DNA of 54,892 nt from Candidatus Sericytochromatia bacterium (GCA_035285125.1 JAYKHR010000091.1:1-54892); one strand, 5' to 3'. Positions 37,804-50,204 are shown, counted from the stretch's first letter. Notes: generated by a model not told the origin, from the letters alone. A program made the numbers and translations.

Positions 37804-38373
37804 ATGCCCGATGAGACGACGCCTTCCCAGCTTGAAACTGCCACCCTCGGCGGCGGCTGTTTCTGGTGCAGCGAAGCCGTGTTCGGCGCTTTGCAGGGCG
37901 TGACAAGCGTCATCTCCGGTTACGCGGGTGGCCACACCGACGGCCCGACCTATCAAGAGGTCTGCAGCGGCAGCACGGGGCATGCCGAGGTGGTTCAGGT
38001 GACTTTCGAGGCCTCCCTCGTCAGCTACCTGGAGGTGCTGGAGGTGTTCTTTGCCACGCACGACCCGACCACCCTGAACCAGCAGGGGGCGGACGTGGGC
38101 ACGCAGTACCGCTCTGTCGTGCTCGCGCACGGTGAGGCGCAGGCCGAGGTCGCCCGGGCCTTGATCGCCTCGCTCACGGCCGAGCGGCTGTTCGACCGGC
38201 CCATCGTCACGGAGGTCGTGCCGTTCGAACGGTTCTGGCCCGCGGAGGCCTACCACCAGGGCTACTTTGCGCGCAACCCGCAGCAGCCCTACTGCGCGGC
38301 GGTTGTGAGCCCGAAGCTCGCGAAGTTCCGCGCGCGGTTCCGGGACCGCCTCAAGGCTGGCTCGCCGGCTTGA
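37804..38373 (+). CDS. msrA: Peptide-methionine (S)-S-oxide reductase
   Basis: GCFWC, GHAEVV, HDPTTLNQQGADVGTQYRS, AEAYHQ. Confidence 0.96.
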   Translation: MPDETTPSQLETATLGGGCFWCSEAVFGALQGVTSVISGYAGGHTDGPTYQEVCSGSTGHAEVVQVTFEASLVSYLEVLEVFFATHDPTTLNQQGADVGTQYRSVVLAHGEAQAEVARALIASLTAERLFDRPIVTEVVPFERFWPAEAYHQGYFARNPQQPYCAAVVSPKLAKFRARFRDRLKAGSPA

Positions 38374-38401
38374 CTCGTTTCACTTTTAGAATCATTATAA
38401 A
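38370..38401 (+). promoter_or_regulatory. Promoter overlapped by a Fur-family (PerR/Irr-type) operator
   Basis: TTGACT -35 at 38370; AT-rich inverted repeat TTTAGAATCATTATAAA at 38385-38401 covering the expected -10. Confidence 0.8.
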
Positions 38402-38455
38402 TTGAGGCTGCCGCAGGCGGCTCGTCTTCCCGCACCGGCCAGAGGGGGCGCCGCG

Positions 38456-38908
38456 ATGGACGTCTTCAAGCCCAGTTGCCTGTCGCCGGCTCAGATCGAG
38501 TCCGTCCTGCGCGCTCGGGGCATCCAGCCGACGGCCCAGCGGATCGCGATCGGGCGCTACGTGCTCTGCGAGGCTGACCACCCGACGGCCGAGCACGTGA
38601 AGCAGTGGGTGGACGGGAACTTTCCGAAGATCTCGCTGGCGACGGTGTACAACACGCTGAGGGCCTTCGTCGAGGCGGGCCTCCTGCGGGAAGTGCGCCT
38701 GCCCGACCGCGACGCCGTCGTCTTCGACAACCTGACCAGCCCCCACCACCATTTCCTGGACGAGGAAACGGGCACCGTGCATGATCTGCCTCTCGACGCC
38801 GTCGAGGTGAAGGTCCTCGTGGGCCCCGAGTTCGACGTCCGGACTGCCACCGTCCTGGTCCGCGGCACCCGTCGCGCGCCGGAACCCGCCACGGAGCCAT
38901 CCACGTGA
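38456..38908 (+). CDS. Fur-family regulator of the Irr/PerR type
   Basis: [33 protein letters not shown]; no CxxC zinc motifs. Confidence 0.88.
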   Translation: MDVFKPSCLSPAQIESVLRARGIQPTAQRIAIGRYVLCEADHPTAEHVKQWVDGNFPKISLATVYNTLRAFVEAGLLREVRLPDRDAVVFDNLTSPHHHFLDEETGTVHDLPLDAVEVKVLVGPEFDVRTATVLVRGTRRAPEPATEPST

Positions 38909-39864
38909 TCCACAACGTCATCATCATCGGCGCCGGCCCTGCCGGCTACACCGCCGCCATCTACGCGGCCCGCGCCAACCTGGCGCCCGTCATGTTCGAG
39001 GGGCCACAGCCCGGCGGCCAGCTCATGATCACCACCGACGTGGAGAATTACCCGGGCTTCCCTGACGCCATGACCGGTCCTGAACTCATGCAGCGCTTCC
39101 GCGCTCAGGCCGCTCGCTTCGGCACCACCCTGATCTCCGACCTGATCACGCGGGTGGACTTCTCCGAGCGTCCGTTCAAGGTGTGGGACACCAAGGGGGC
39201 CGAGCACCGGGCGCAGGCCGTCATCATCGCCACGGGCGCGAGCGCCCTCTGGCTCGGCCTCGAGTCCGAGACGCGCCTGCAGGGGCGGGGCGTCTCCGCC
39301 TGTGCCACGTGCGACGGGTTCTTCTTCCGCGGCAAGCACGTCGCCGTGGTGGGCGGGGGTGACACCGCCATGGAGGAGGCCAACTACCTGGCCCAGATGT
39401 GCAGCAAGGTCACGGTCATCCACCGTCGGGACCAGCTGCGCGCGAGCAAGATCATGCAGCAGAGGGCCTTCGACAACCCCAAGATCGAGTTCCGCTGGAA
39501 CAGCGCCGTGGACGAGATTCTCGGGGACGACCTCGTCACCGGCGTCCGCCTCAAGGACACCCTGACGGGGGCCCTCAGCGAGGTGCCGCTGCAGGGCGTC
39601 TTCATCGCCATCGGGCACAAGCCCACCACCGACCTGTTCCAGGGACAGCTCGAGCTCGACCCCACCGGGTACATCCGCGTCACGCCCGGGGCGACCCGGA
39701 CCAGCGTCGAGGGCGTCTTCGCCGCTGGGGATGTGGCAGACTCCGTTTATCGCCAGGCCGTCACGGCCGCCGGCACCGGCTGCATGGCCGCCATCGACGC
39801 CGAGCGTTGGCTCGCGGCGAACGTCCATGCGGCGGTGGCCCACCCCGCGCCAAGCCCCGCCTGA
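38905..39864 (+). CDS. trxB: Thioredoxin-disulfide reductase
   Basis: [35 protein letters not shown]. Confidence 0.96.
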   Translation: MIHNVIIIGAGPAGYTAAIYAARANLAPVMFEGPQPGGQLMITTDVENYPGFPDAMTGPELMQRFRAQAARFGTTLISDLITRVDFSERPFKVWDTKGAEHRAQAVIIATGASALWLGLESETRLQGRGVSACATCDGFFFRGKHVAVVGGGDTAMEEANYLAQMCSKVTVIHRRDQLRASKIMQQRAFDNPKIEFRWNSAVDEILGDDLVTGVRLKDTLTGALSEVPLQGVFIAIGHKPTTDLFQGQLELDPTGYIRVTPGATRTSVEGVFAAGDVADSVYRQAVTAAGTGCMAAIDAERWLAANVHAAVAHPAPSPA

Positions 39865-39914
39865 GGGCGGCCTGGTGCACCCCCCGTCGTAGCCCCACCA
39901 CGCAAGGAGGACCC

Positions 39915-40514
39915 ATGCTGCAGCCGACCCACCAGGCCCCCGAGTTCAAGGCCCAGGCCGTCGTCAACGGTCAGTTCAAGGACCTTTCGCTCGCCGACTA
40001 CCGCGGCAAGAACGTGATCCTGCTGTTCTACCCCTTGGACTTCACGTTCGTGTGCCCCACGGAGATCCTGGCCTTCTCCGACCGCATCGAAGAGTTCCGC
40101 GCCCGGAACACCGAGGTGCTCGGCATCTCGACGGACTCGGCCTTCTCGCACCTGGCCTGGACCAACACCCGGCGCGAGGAAGGTGGCATCAAGGACCTCG
40201 CCTACCCCCTCGTCGCCGACTTCACCAAGGCCATCTCGCGCGCCTACGGCGTGCTGATGGAGGAGGCGGGCTTGGCTTATCGCGGCCTGTTCCTGATCGA
40301 CAAGGCCGGGACCATCCAGCACATCACGATCAACAACCTGCCGCTCGGCCGCTCCGTGGAGGAGGCGCTCCGCATGGTCGACGCGCTGACGCACTTCGAG
40401 CAGCACGGCGAGGTCTGCCCGGCCGACTGGCGGCCCGGCAAGCGCGCGATGGTGGCGGACGTCGAGAAGTCCAAGGCCTACTTCCAGGAGGCGGCTGCCG
40501 TCGGCGCCCGCTAA
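39915..40514 (+). CDS. ahpC: 2-Cys peroxiredoxin (AhpC/TSA)
   Basis: AAGGAGG RBS; FYPLDFTFVCPTE, GRSVEE, GEVCPADW. Confidence 0.95.
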   Translation: MLQPTHQAPEFKAQAVVNGQFKDLSLADYRGKNVILLFYPLDFTFVCPTEILAFSDRIEEFRARNTEVLGISTDSAFSHLAWTNTRREEGGIKDLAYPLVADFTKAISRAYGVLMEEAGLAYRGLFLIDKAGTIQHITINNLPLGRSVEEALRMVDALTHFEQHGEVCPADWRPGKRAMVADVEKSKAYFQEAAAVGAR

Positions 40515-40527
40515 CCAGCTGGTTCAA

Positions 40528-40561
40528 GGGGCTCGGCCAGGCGGCCGGGCCCCCTTTTTTT
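40528..40561 (+). terminator. Intrinsic terminator after ahpC
   Basis: GGGGCTCGGCC-AGGC-GGCCGGGCCCC followed by a T7 run. Confidence 0.85.
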
Positions 40562-40588
40562 ATGGCTGCGGCTGCGCGGGCGGGTGGC

Positions 40589-41020
40589 TCAGGCAGGGCT
40601 TCGCAGGCTGGCCAGCGCGGCCAGGAAGCGGCCGGCGATGGCCTCGGCGGCCCCCGGCCGGAGCTCGTAGTAGGCCATCTCCGGGTCCCCGAGATCGCAC
40701 TCGGTGAGCCAGCCAGCGTCGACGTCCACGCCGCCGCGCCCCGGGCCCCGCCGCAGCACCCAGATGGTCCCCGTGGCGTCGCAGAAGTCGAAGAACGGCT
40801 CGTAGGTGAGCCCGTCTCGCTTGGGAAAGAGCAGGCCAACCCCCCGACCCTCGCGATCGAGGCGGGTGAGGATGCGCTGCAGAAAGCCGAAGACCGGGTC
40901 CTCGTTGCCGGGCAGGCGGGCCCCGCCCACGTGGCCGGCCCCCTCCAGCACGGCGTCCACGAGGGTGGCGCCGAGCACCTCCCGCAAGGGGGCAACGTCG
41001 TCGTGGCTGGAGGCTGTCAT
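40589..41020 (-). CDS. Hypothetical protein (about 143 aa)
   Basis: Globular composition after ATG 41020 (MTASSHDDVAPL...YEPFFDFCDATG); TACAAT 6 nt upstream. Confidence 0.6.
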   Translation of the reverse strand: MTASSHDDVAPLREVLGATLVDAVLEGAGHVGGARLPGNEDPVFGFLQRILTRLDREGRGVGLLFPKRDGLTYEPFFDFCDATGTIWVLRRGPGRGGVDVDAGWLTECDLGDPEMAYYELRPGAAEAIAGRFLAALASLRSPA

Positions 41021-41255
41021 CGCGCCATTGTACCGCTCCGAGCGCCGGACCAACGAGGCCGTCCAGGCAGGGCGTCGCGGCCAGGCCCCCGGGCTTGGCC
41101 GCCAGGCGGCCCGTGGGGGGGACGGCGAGCCGGCCGCGGGCCCGCTGCCGGCCTTGGACAACGGCGGCCTCGGGGCGTAAAGTATAGGGTGTCAATCGGT
41201 TCCAGGTGGAACCGACCGCCGCGACCCACCGCCCTCGCCCGCGCGGGAGCCTGCC

Positions 41256-44015
41256 ATGCCCGACCTCCAGACCATTCTCGACGGCGCGAACGCGCCCTTC
41301 CTCGAGGCCCTCTACGAAGACTACCTGGCCGATGCGGCCTCCGTGCCGGATGACTGGCGCCGGTTCTTCGACAGCCAGCGGGCCGGTGCCGCCGACGTGC
41401 CGCACTCGGAGGTGGTCGCCACCTTCGCCGAGTTGTCCCGTGCCGGCATCAGCGCCGCCCCTGCAGCCCAGGCGGGTGCCGCTCCGAGCGAGGAGGCCCT
41501 CGTGCGGGCTTTCGTCGAGTTCGGCCACCTCGGCGCGGCGTTCAACCCGCTCGAGGCACCGCCCCGCGTGGCGGAGCTCGACCCTGCCCACCATGGCCTG
41601 GACCCCGCGGCCCACGCCGACCTCGTTGCCCGCCTGGGACGCGCCTGGTGCGGCCCCATCGGCTTCGAGGTCGCTCATGTGCCCGCCGCCGAACGCGCCT
41701 GGCTCGCGTCCCGCATCGACGCGTGGGGCGGCTCGCGCGTCGCCGACGCGCCCACCCGGCTGCGGGCCCTCAACCGGCTCACGGCCGCCGAGGGGCTTGA
41801 ACGCTACCTGCATAAGCGCTACGTCGGCCAGAAGCGGTTCTCGCTCGAGGGCGGAGAGGCCCTGGTGCCGATGCTCGACCACCTCATCCAGCGGGGTGGG
41901 GCTGCGGGCGTCCGTGACGTCGTCATCGGCATGGCCCATCGTGGGCGGCTGAACGTCCTCGTGAATATCATGGGCAAGCAGGCCAGCGACCTGTTCGCGG
42001 AGTTCGAGGGCAAGAAGAGCCTGGCGGCTCATCTGGCCGGGGACGTCAAGTACCACGCGGGCTTCTCGTCGGACGTGCCTTCCCCGGGGGGCCCGGTGCA
42101 CCTGTCCTTGGCCTTCAATCCGTCTCACCTCGAGATTGTGGGGGCCGTGGTCGAGGGCAGTGCCCGTGCCCGGCTGGACCGGCGGGACGACGCCTCGGGC
42201 GTGAGCGTGCTGCCGGTGCTGATCCACGGCGACGCTGCCGTGATCGGGCAGGGCTGCGTGGCCGAGACCCTCAACATGGCCCAGTTGCGGGGCTTCCGCA
42301 CGGGTGGGACGGTCCACGTCGTGGTCAACAACCAGGTTGGCTTCAGCGTCAGCGATCCGCGCGACACCCGCACCAGCCGCTACTGCACGGACGTCGGCAA
42401 GATGATCGATGCGCCCGCGTGGCACGTGAACGGCGACGACATCGACGCGTGCCTGTTTGCCATGGAACTCGCCCTCGACTACCGCCAAACCTTCGGCAAG
42501 GACGTCTTCGTCGACCTGGTGTGCTTCCGGCGGCATGGCCACAACGAGTCCGATGAGCCGCGGGCCACGCAGCCGCAGATGTATCACCTCATCGATGCCC
42601 ACCCCGGCACCCGGCAGGTCTTCGCCGACAAGCTCGTGGCCGCTGGCGTCGTCGGCGCTGAGGACGCCAGCCGCCTGGTCGACCAGATGCGGGACCTGCT
42701 CGACCTCGGCACCCGCACGATCGAGGCCCACGAGGCGGGCGCGTCTTCGCCCGTGGCGCAGGCCTGGGCCCCCTACGTCGCAGGGGCTTCGGACCTCTCG
42801 GCCACGGTGGAGACGGGCGTCGCCCTCGACCGGCTCCTCGGCCTCGGGCGCTCCCTGACCACCTTGCCGGAAGGCTTTGTCGCGCACAAGCGCATCCAGG
42901 CCGTCCTGGACGACCGCAAGAAGATGCTGGTCGGCGACCTGCCCGTCGACTGGGGCTTTGCGGAGAACCTGGCTTACGCGTCCCTGTTGACGGAGGGCCA
43001 CCCCGTGCGCCTGACGGGTCAGGACAGCGGTCGGGGCACGTTCTTCCACCGCCATGCCGTCGTGCACGATCAGCGGACGGGCGTGTCTTTCCTGGACAAG
43101 GCCTTCGTGCCTCTGGCTCACCTGGAGGCCGGGCAGGCTCGCGTCGATGTCATCGACTCCACGCTCTCCGAGGAGGCCGTGATGGCCTTCGAGTACGGCT
43201 ATGCCACCACCAACCCCCGCGCGCTCGTGATCTGGGAGGCCCAGTACGGGGACTTCGCCAACGGGGCGCAGGTCGTCATCGACCAGTTCATCGCGGCCGG
43301 CGAGACGAAGTGGCAGCGGCTGTCCGGGCTCGTGCTGATGCTGCCGCACGGCTATGAGGGGCAAGGGCCGGAGCACTCCTCCGCGCGGCTGGAACGCTAC
43401 CTCTCGCTGTGTGCGGAGGACAACCTCCAGGTGGCGGTGCCTAGCACCGCGGCTCAGATGTTCCACCTGCTGCGCCGTCAGGTGCGCCGGAACCTTCGCA
43501 AGCCGCTCGTGATCATGAGCCCCAAGAGCATGCTGCGCCTCAAGTCGGCGACCTCCACCTTGCAGGACCTCGCCCTGGGGCGGTTTCACGAGGTCATCGG
43601 CGACGAACGCCAGCCGGCTCAGGCAGAGCGCGTCGTGCTCTGCAGCGGCAAGCTCTACCACGACCTCGCCGAGGCGCGAGAAAAGCGCGGCCTGCGCGAC
43701 GTCGCGATCATCCGCATCGAGCAACTGTACCCGTTTCCGTCCCGCCGCCTCGTGACCGAACTGGCGGCCTATGCCGCCGCCAAGACGGTGGTCTGGGCGC
43801 AGGAAGAGCCCACGAACAACGGCGCCTGGATGTGGATCCGCGACGAACTCCACGCCGCGTTGGCCCCTGGCCAGTCGCTCGTGTACGCGGGCCGGCCTGC
43901 GGCGGCCTCCCCGGCCGTCGGCAGCCTGGCTCGCCACAACGAGCAGCAGGCGGCGCTCATCGAGGCTGCCCTCGGCGGTGCCCGCGTGGGTGCGCCGGAA
44001 ACGGCCAACGCCTGA
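41256..44015 (+). CDS. sucA: 2-oxoglutarate dehydrogenase E1
   Basis: GQKRFSLEGGE, GMAHRGRLN, GDVKYH, NPSHLE, HGDAA, WEAQYGDF, HSSARLERYL. Confidence 0.96.
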   Translation: MPDLQTILDGANAPFLEALYEDYLADAASVPDDWRRFFDSQRAGAADVPHSEVVATFAELSRAGISAAPAAQAGAAPSEEALVRAFVEFGHLGAAFNPLEAPPRVAELDPAHHGLDPAAHADLVARLGRAWCGPIGFEVAHVPAAERAWLASRIDAWGGSRVADAPTRLRALNRLTAAEGLERYLHKRYVGQKRFSLEGGEALVPMLDHLIQRGGAAGVRDVVIGMAHRGRLNVLVNIMGKQASDLFAEFEGKKSLAAHLAGDVKYHAGFSSDVPSPGGPVHLSLAFNPSHLEIVGAVVEGSARARLDRRDDASGVSVLPVLIHGDAAVIGQGCVAETLNMAQLRGFRTGGTVHVVVNNQVGFSVSDPRDTRTSRYCTDVGKMIDAPAWHVNGDDIDACLFAMELALDYRQTFGKDVFVDLVCFRRHGHNESDEPRATQPQMYHLIDAHPGTRQVFADKLVAAGVVGAEDASRLVDQMRDLLDLGTRTIEAHEAGASSPVAQAWAPYVAGASDLSATVETGVALDRLLGLGRSLTTLPEGFVAHKRIQAVLDDRKKMLVGDLPVDWGFAENLAYASLLTEGHPVRLTGQDSGRGTFFHRHAVVHDQRTGVSFLDKAFVPLAHLEAGQARVDVIDSTLSEEAVMAFEYGYATTNPRALVIWEAQYGDFANGAQVVIDQFIAAGETKWQRLSGLVLMLPHGYEGQGPEHSSARLERYLSLCAEDNLQVAVPSTAAQMFHLLRRQVRRNLRKPLVIMSPKSMLRLKSATSTLQDLALGRFHEVIGDERQPAQAERVVLCSGKLYHDLAEAREKRGLRDVAIIRIEQLYPFPSRRLVTELAAYAAAKTVVWAQEEPTNNGAWMWIRDELHAALAPGQSLVYAGRPAAASPAVGSLARHNEQQAALIEAALGGARVGAPETANA

Positions 44016-44089
44016 CGCACACCTCTCCTCGCGCGACTCCCAGCCGCCTCGCACCCACCATCGCACCCGCAACCCCGTAAGGAGCGCAT

Positions 44090-45295
<1,206 letters not shown>

Positions 45296-45299
45296 CCCA

Positions 45300-46712
45300 G
45301 TGGAACGCTTCGACGTCATCGTCATCGGGGGCGGCCCCGGGGGCTACGTGGCCGCCATCCGGTGTGCCCAGCTGGGCCTCAAGACGGCCTGCGTGGACGC
45401 CTGGACACGGAACGGCAAGGGCAGCCTCGGCGGCACGTGCCTCAATGTCGGCTGCATCCCCTCCAAGGCCCTGCTCGACAGCTCCGAGCGCTACGAGCAA
45501 CTGCTGCACGAGTACACGCACCACGGCATCGAGGTGAAGGGTGAGGTGGTCCTCGATCTTGCGAAGCTGCTGGGGCGCAAGGACGCCGTGGTGGACAAGC
45601 TCACGGGGGGCATCCAGTTCCTCTTCAAGAAGAACAAGGTGACCTCGTTCCACGGCAAGGGCCGCTTGGTGGCTCGCGAAGGCGACGCCTGGCGCGTCGA
45701 CGCCGCGGGCACCGAGGTCCTTGCGACGCACGTGATCCTGGCGACGGGCTCCGTGCCCCGCAGCCTCCCCCTCGCGCCGTTCGACGGCGTCAAGGTGGTC
45801 GACAACGAGGGCGCCCTCTCCTTCCCCGCCGTGCCGCAGCGCCTCGGCGTCATCGGGGCCGGCGTCATCGGGCTCGAGCTTGGCAGCGTCTGGCGGAGGC
45901 TCGGCGCTCACGTCACCGTGCTGGAGGCTGCGCCGGCGTTTTTGGGGGCTGCCGACGAGGCGATCGCGAAGGAGGCTCAGCGCGAGTTTACGAAGCAGGG
46001 GCTGGCGTTCCACCTCGGCATCCAGCTGCAGGCCGTCGACGCCAGTGGCCCTGGCGTGGTGGTCCGCTACCAGGAGGGCGAGGCCGTCCGGACGCTGGAG
46101 GTCGACCGCCTGATCGTGTCGGTGGGGCGCGTGCCCTACACCCAGGGGCTCGGGGCCGAGGCCGTTGGTCTGGCCCTCGACGCGCGGGGCTTCGTCACCA
46201 TCGACGCCCACTGGCGCACCAACCTCCCGAACGTCTGGGCCGTCGGGGATGTCGTGGGCGGCGCCATGCTGGCGCACAAGGCCGAGGACGAGGGTGTCGC
46301 CGTCGCGGAGACGATCGCGGGCCAGGCCGGCCACGTGAACTACGACGCCATGCCCTGGGTCATCTACACCAGCCCCGAGATCGCCTGGGTGGGCCGCACC
46401 GAGCAAGACCTCAAGGCTGCCGGGGTGCCCATCCGCTCTGGCCGCTTTCCCTTTGCCGCCAACGGCCGCGCCCTCGGCCACGGGGATCCCCGCGGCTTCG
46501 TGAAGGTCATCGCCCACGCCGAGACCGACGAGATCCTGGGCGTGCACATGATTGGCGCGAACGTGTCCGAGTTGCTCGCGGAGGCCGTGGCCCTGATGGA
46601 GTTCCGGGCCTCGGCAGAGGACCTGGCGCGCACCACCCACGGCCATCCGACGCTGTCGGAGGTGGTCAAGGAGGCGGCGCTGGCCGCCATCGGGCGGCCG
46701 CTGCACGCCTGA
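45300..46712 (+). CDS. lpdA: Dihydrolipoyl dehydrogenase E3
   Basis: [35 protein letters not shown]. Confidence 0.96.
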   Translation: MERFDVIVIGGGPGGYVAAIRCAQLGLKTACVDAWTRNGKGSLGGTCLNVGCIPSKALLDSSERYEQLLHEYTHHGIEVKGEVVLDLAKLLGRKDAVVDKLTGGIQFLFKKNKVTSFHGKGRLVAREGDAWRVDAAGTEVLATHVILATGSVPRSLPLAPFDGVKVVDNEGALSFPAVPQRLGVIGAGVIGLELGSVWRRLGAHVTVLEAAPAFLGAADEAIAKEAQREFTKQGLAFHLGIQLQAVDASGPGVVVRYQEGEAVRTLEVDRLIVSVGRVPYTQGLGAEAVGLALDARGFVTIDAHWRTNLPNVWAVGDVVGGAMLAHKAEDEGVAVAETIAGQAGHVNYDAMPWVIYTSPEIAWVGRTEQDLKAAGVPIRSGRFPFAANGRALGHGDPRGFVKVIAHAETDEILGVHMIGANVSELLAEAVALMEFRASAEDLARTTHGHPTLSEVVKEAALAAIGRPLHA

Positions 46713-46743
46713 CGGCCCCCCACCCTTTCGGCAGCAGGTTTCA

Positions 46744-46770
46744 GCCCCCTCTCCCGCCGGGAGAGGGGGC
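46744..46770. terminator. Perfect 12-bp hairpin between convergent lpdA and fadD (terminator or REP-like)
   Basis: GCCCCCTCTCCC-GCC-GGGAGAGGGGGC; no clear U-tract. Confidence 0.55.
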
Positions 46771-46799
46771 CGTGTGTGAATGGGAGAGGGCTGCTCGGG

Positions 46800-48467
46800 T
46801 CAGGCCTTTGCAGGCTCTCGCAGCTCGCGCCGCAGGATCTTGCCCACGTTCGACTTCGGCAGCTCGCTGCGGAACTCGACCTTGCGCGGCACCTTGTAGG
46901 CCGTGAGGTGCTCGCGGCAGTGCGCGATGACCTCCTCCTCGGTGAGCGAGGCGTCGCGCTTGACCACGAAGGCCTTCACGGCCTCGCCCGAGCTCTCGCT
47001 GGGCACGCCGATGACGGCGACCTCGAGCACCTTGGCGTGCCTCGCGATGACGTCCTCGATCTCGTTGGGGTACACGTTGAAGCCCGACACGAGGATCATG
47101 TCCTTCTTTCGGTCCACGATCTTGAAGAATCCGCGCTCGTCCACCACGGCCACGTCTCCCGTGTGCAGCCAGCCGTCGATGAGCACCTTGGCCGACTCGT
47201 CCGGCCGGTTGAAGTAGCCCTGCATCACCTGGGGCCCGCGCACGCAGAGCTCCCCCGGCTGGCCTGGCGCCACCTCGCGGTTGTCGTCATCCACCAGCTT
47301 GATTTCGGTGGAGGGCACGGGCATGCCGATGGTGCCGATGCGCTCCGAGCCGTCGATGGGGTTCACGGACACGACGGGGGAGGACTCCGTCAGGCCGTAG
47401 CCCTCGACGAGCGCCGTGCCCGTGGTCGCCTTCCATCGCTCTGCCACGGCCTGCTGCACCGCCATGGCGCCCGCAACGGCGAACTTGAGGTGCGGCACCG
47501 TCTGCTTCGAGAACCCGGCGTGGTTGAGCATCCCGTTGAAGAGGGTGTTCACCCCCGTCATGATGGTGACGGGCTGGCTGGCGAGCTCCTTGAGGAAACC
47601 GTCGAGATCCCGCGGGTTCGGGATCAGGAGGTTGCAGCCCCCGAACATCGAGAACGCGAGGCAGTTCACCGTCAGGGAGAAGATGTGGTAGAGCGGCAGG
47701 GGCGTCGCGACGATCTCTTGCCCGGGCTTGAGGCCGGGGCCCATCCACGCCGCGATCTGCGCGACGTTGGCGAGGATGTTCCGGTGCGTGAGCACGGCCC
47801 CCTTGCTGACCCCCGTGGTGCCGCCCGTGTACTGGAGGAAGGCGGTGTCGTCAGCCTTGAGCGTCACGGGGGGCAGGGTGGCGCGCGCCCCCCGTGCCAG
47901 CGCCGTATTGAACGGGATGGCGCCTGGCAGGTTGTACGGCGGGACGGCCTTCTTCACGTGCTTGAGGACGAGGTTGGTCAGCAGCGACTTCGGAAAGCCG
48001 AGCATGTCCCCCACCTCCGTGACGATGATGTGCTGCAGGTCGGTCTCCGCCTTCACCTCCGCGACGTGGTGGGCGAAGTTCGCCACCACCACCAGAGCCT
48101 TCGCGCCCGAGTCCTTGAACTGGTGGGCCATCTCCCGCGGGGTGTAAAGCGGGTTGGTGTTGACCACCACGAGCCCTGCCCGGAGCGCGCCGAACAGCGC
48201 CACAGGGTACTGAAGCAGGTTGGGCATCTGCAGGGCGATGCGGTCGCCGGCCTGCAGCCCGAGGTCGCCCCGCAGAAAGGCCGCGAACTGCCGCGACAGC
48301 GTGTCGATCTCGCCGAAGGTGAGGGTCTTGCCCAGGCACATGTAGGCCGGGCGGTTCCGGTAGGTGGTCAGGCTTTGTTCGAGCAGCGCCGGGATGGAGT
48401 TGTAAGTATCTGGGTCGATCGTCGCGGGCACGCCCGCCGGGTAGTGTGTCAGCCAGGTCTTTTCCAT
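46800..48467 (-). CDS. fadD: Long-chain fatty-acid-CoA ligase
   Basis: [56 protein letters not shown]; start MEKTWL at 48467. Confidence 0.93.
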   Translation of the reverse strand: MEKTWLTHYPAGVPATIDPDTYNSIPALLEQSLTTYRNRPAYMCLGKTLTFGEIDTLSRQFAAFLRGDLGLQAGDRIALQMPNLLQYPVALFGALRAGLVVVNTNPLYTPREMAHQFKDSGAKALVVVANFAHHVAEVKAETDLQHIIVTEVGDMLGFPKSLLTNLVLKHVKKAVPPYNLPGAIPFNTALARGARATLPPVTLKADDTAFLQYTGGTTGVSKGAVLTHRNILANVAQIAAWMGPGLKPGQEIVATPLPLYHIFSLTVNCLAFSMFGGCNLLIPNPRDLDGFLKELASQPVTIMTGVNTLFNGMLNHAGFSKQTVPHLKFAVAGAMAVQQAVAERWKATTGTALVEGYGLTESSPVVSVNPIDGSERIGTIGMPVPSTEIKLVDDDNREVAPGQPGELCVRGPQVMQGYFNRPDESAKVLIDGWLHTGDVAVVDERGFFKIVDRKKDMILVSGFNVYPNEIEDVIARHAKVLEVAVIGVPSESSGEAVKAFVVKRDASLTEEEVIAHCREHLTAYKVPRKVEFRSELPKSNVGKILRRELREPAKA

Positions 48468-48719
48468 GATGCCTCTCTGCCGCGGGTCACGTCCCGGCTG
48501 ACCAACGGGCCCGCCGGCCCCCATACCATACCCCGTCCGGGATGACCCCTCGCGGGGTGGCACCAGCCTCTGAGCTCGCACCATTCCCCATCTGCGATGA
48601 CGCGCACCCTCCTGGGCGGAAGGAGGGGTTGGCCTTCGCACCCCCGTGGTGGCAGGGGCTGGTGCTGCCCGCACCCTCAGGGAGGGGGGGCCGCGGGCCA
48701 AATGGGGGCTCAGGCGGAA

Positions 48720-50204
48720 TCAGGAGGTCCCCGTCGCGTCGAGCGGTGGTGTGAGGACGGCCTCGGGCGAGCCCGCGCGCTGCAGGCGGTGTTGCCGCAG
48801 GGCCTGCCAGCCCGCGGGCGCCCAGGCAGAGGCGCCCGCGGCCACGCCGGCCAGCGTGGCTGCGAGCAGCCTGGCGGTGTCCTCCCAGGCGATGGTCGCG
48901 CCGAGCACGCCCGCCGCCGCCGCCGTGGCGGCCAATGCGCCTGCCGCCGGCCGGGCGAGGGCCGTCGCAAGGCTGTGCCAGGAGACACCGAGCAGCCGGA
49001 GGGCCAGGTGCAGCTGGACGGGCGCGCCGATGGCCGAGGACAGGACGTAGGCGCAGCCCACGCCCGGCAGCCCCCAAGGCGTCGCCAGCGCGAGCAACGC
49101 GGGCAGCTTCAACGCGCCGACGGCGTTGAGCTTCAGCTCGAGGTCCGGGCGTCCGCAGCCCAGGTACACCACCCCCACGGAACAGACCAGGGCCTTGCTG
49201 GCGCCCACCAGGCAAAGCAGCTGGGTCAAGGCGGCGGCTTCGGCCCAGGAGGCGCCCAGCAGCCTGGGCACGGCGAGGGGCGCCAGCGCCGCCAGCACGC
49301 CGAGCAGCGGCAACACGAGCGCGGCCAGGCCCCTGAGGAGCCGCACGTAGCCCCGGCTGAACGCGCCGTGGTGCTCGCGGCTGCGCATCAACACGGGCCC
49401 AGCCACGCGCAACACGACGTGGCTGATGCGCAACGCGGGCCACATCGCCAGCTTGTGGGCCAGGCTGTAGACCCCCAGGGCGGCGGGCCCCAGCAGGCTG
49501 CCCACCAGCAGGGTGTCCAGGTGGGAGGCGGTGAAGCCGAGGAGCCTGCTGCCCAGGACCGGCGCCGCCACCGGCAGGAGGTCCTGCCAGGTCCCTCGCG
49601 CGAGTGGCGAGGCGAGGCTCGGGCGGGCCACCAGCCAGACCAGGACCGTGGCCGTCGCGGCGCTGCAGAGCTGGCCTGCCACCATCGCCCACACCCCCCA
49701 GCCGCGCGTGGCCGCCAGCGCGACCATGGCAGCGCCCAGCACCGCCGCTGCGGTCTCGATGGCCGAGAGCGCCCGGAAGCGCAGCCCCCGCTCCAGGACC
49801 GCCCGGGGCACGAGGCCCAGCGACGCCACCGGCAAGGCCCAGGCCAGGGTCCGCAGCACCTCGACGAGCATCGGCTGCCCGAAGAACGCTGCCAGGGCGG
49901 GGGCGGCAGCCCAGCAGCAGGCCGTGAGCAGGAGCGCCGACGTGGCGGCTGCCACCAGGCCCGCGCCGAGGTGGGCGGGGCGCAAGATGGGCAGCTGGAG
50001 CAGGGCGGGGGCGAGGCCCAGCTCGGCAGCTGCCCCGAGGGCCCCGGTGATCAGCAAGGCGGAGGCGATTGTCCCGTAGGCCTCGGGGGTCACAGCCCGG
50101 GCCAGCGTGACGAAGGCCACCCACTGGGCCGCCTGGGCCCCCACCTGGGCCGCAGCGGTCCAGCGCAGGCCCACGAGGGCACGTTGCGCAAGGTTGGAGG
50201 CCAC
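48720..50204 (-). CDS. Polysaccharide flippase (Wzx/PST family, WzxC-like)
   Basis: Many TM helices; LARAVTPEAYG, GVWAMV, LDTLLVGSLLGPAALGVYSLA. Confidence 0.82.
   Translation of the reverse strand: MASNLAQRALVGLRWTAAAQVGAQAAQWVAFVTLARAVTPEAYGTIASALLITGALGAAAELGLAPALLQLPILRPAHLGAGLVAAATSALLLTACCWAAAPALAAFFGQPMLVEVLRTLAWALPVASLGLVPRAVLERGLRFRALSAIETAAAVLGAAMVALAATRGWGVWAMVAGQLCSAATATVLVWLVARPSLASPLARGTWQDLLPVAAPVLGSRLLGFTASHLDTLLVGSLLGPAALGVYSLAHKLAMWPALRISHVVLRVAGPVLMRSREHHGAFSRGYVRLLRGLAALVLPLLGVLAALAPLAVPRLLGASWAEAAALTQLLCLVGASKALVCSVGVVYLGCGRPDLELKLNAVGALKLPALLALATPWGLPGVGCAYVLSSAIGAPVQLHLALRLLGVSWHSLATALARPAAGALAATAAAAGVLGATIAWEDTARLLAATLAGVAAGASAWAPAGWQALRQHRLQRAGSPEAVLTPPLDATGTS

Noticed and set aside
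39399..39914. Apparent 371-aa extended peroxiredoxin ORF
   Set aside because: The extension overlaps trxB out of frame; the real start at 39915 has AAGGAGG.
48480..48715. GC-rich intergenic region with short hairpins upstream of fadD as a possible riboswitch or ncRNA
   Set aside because: No recognisable conserved aptamer motif; hairpins are expected at this GC content. An Rfam search would be needed.
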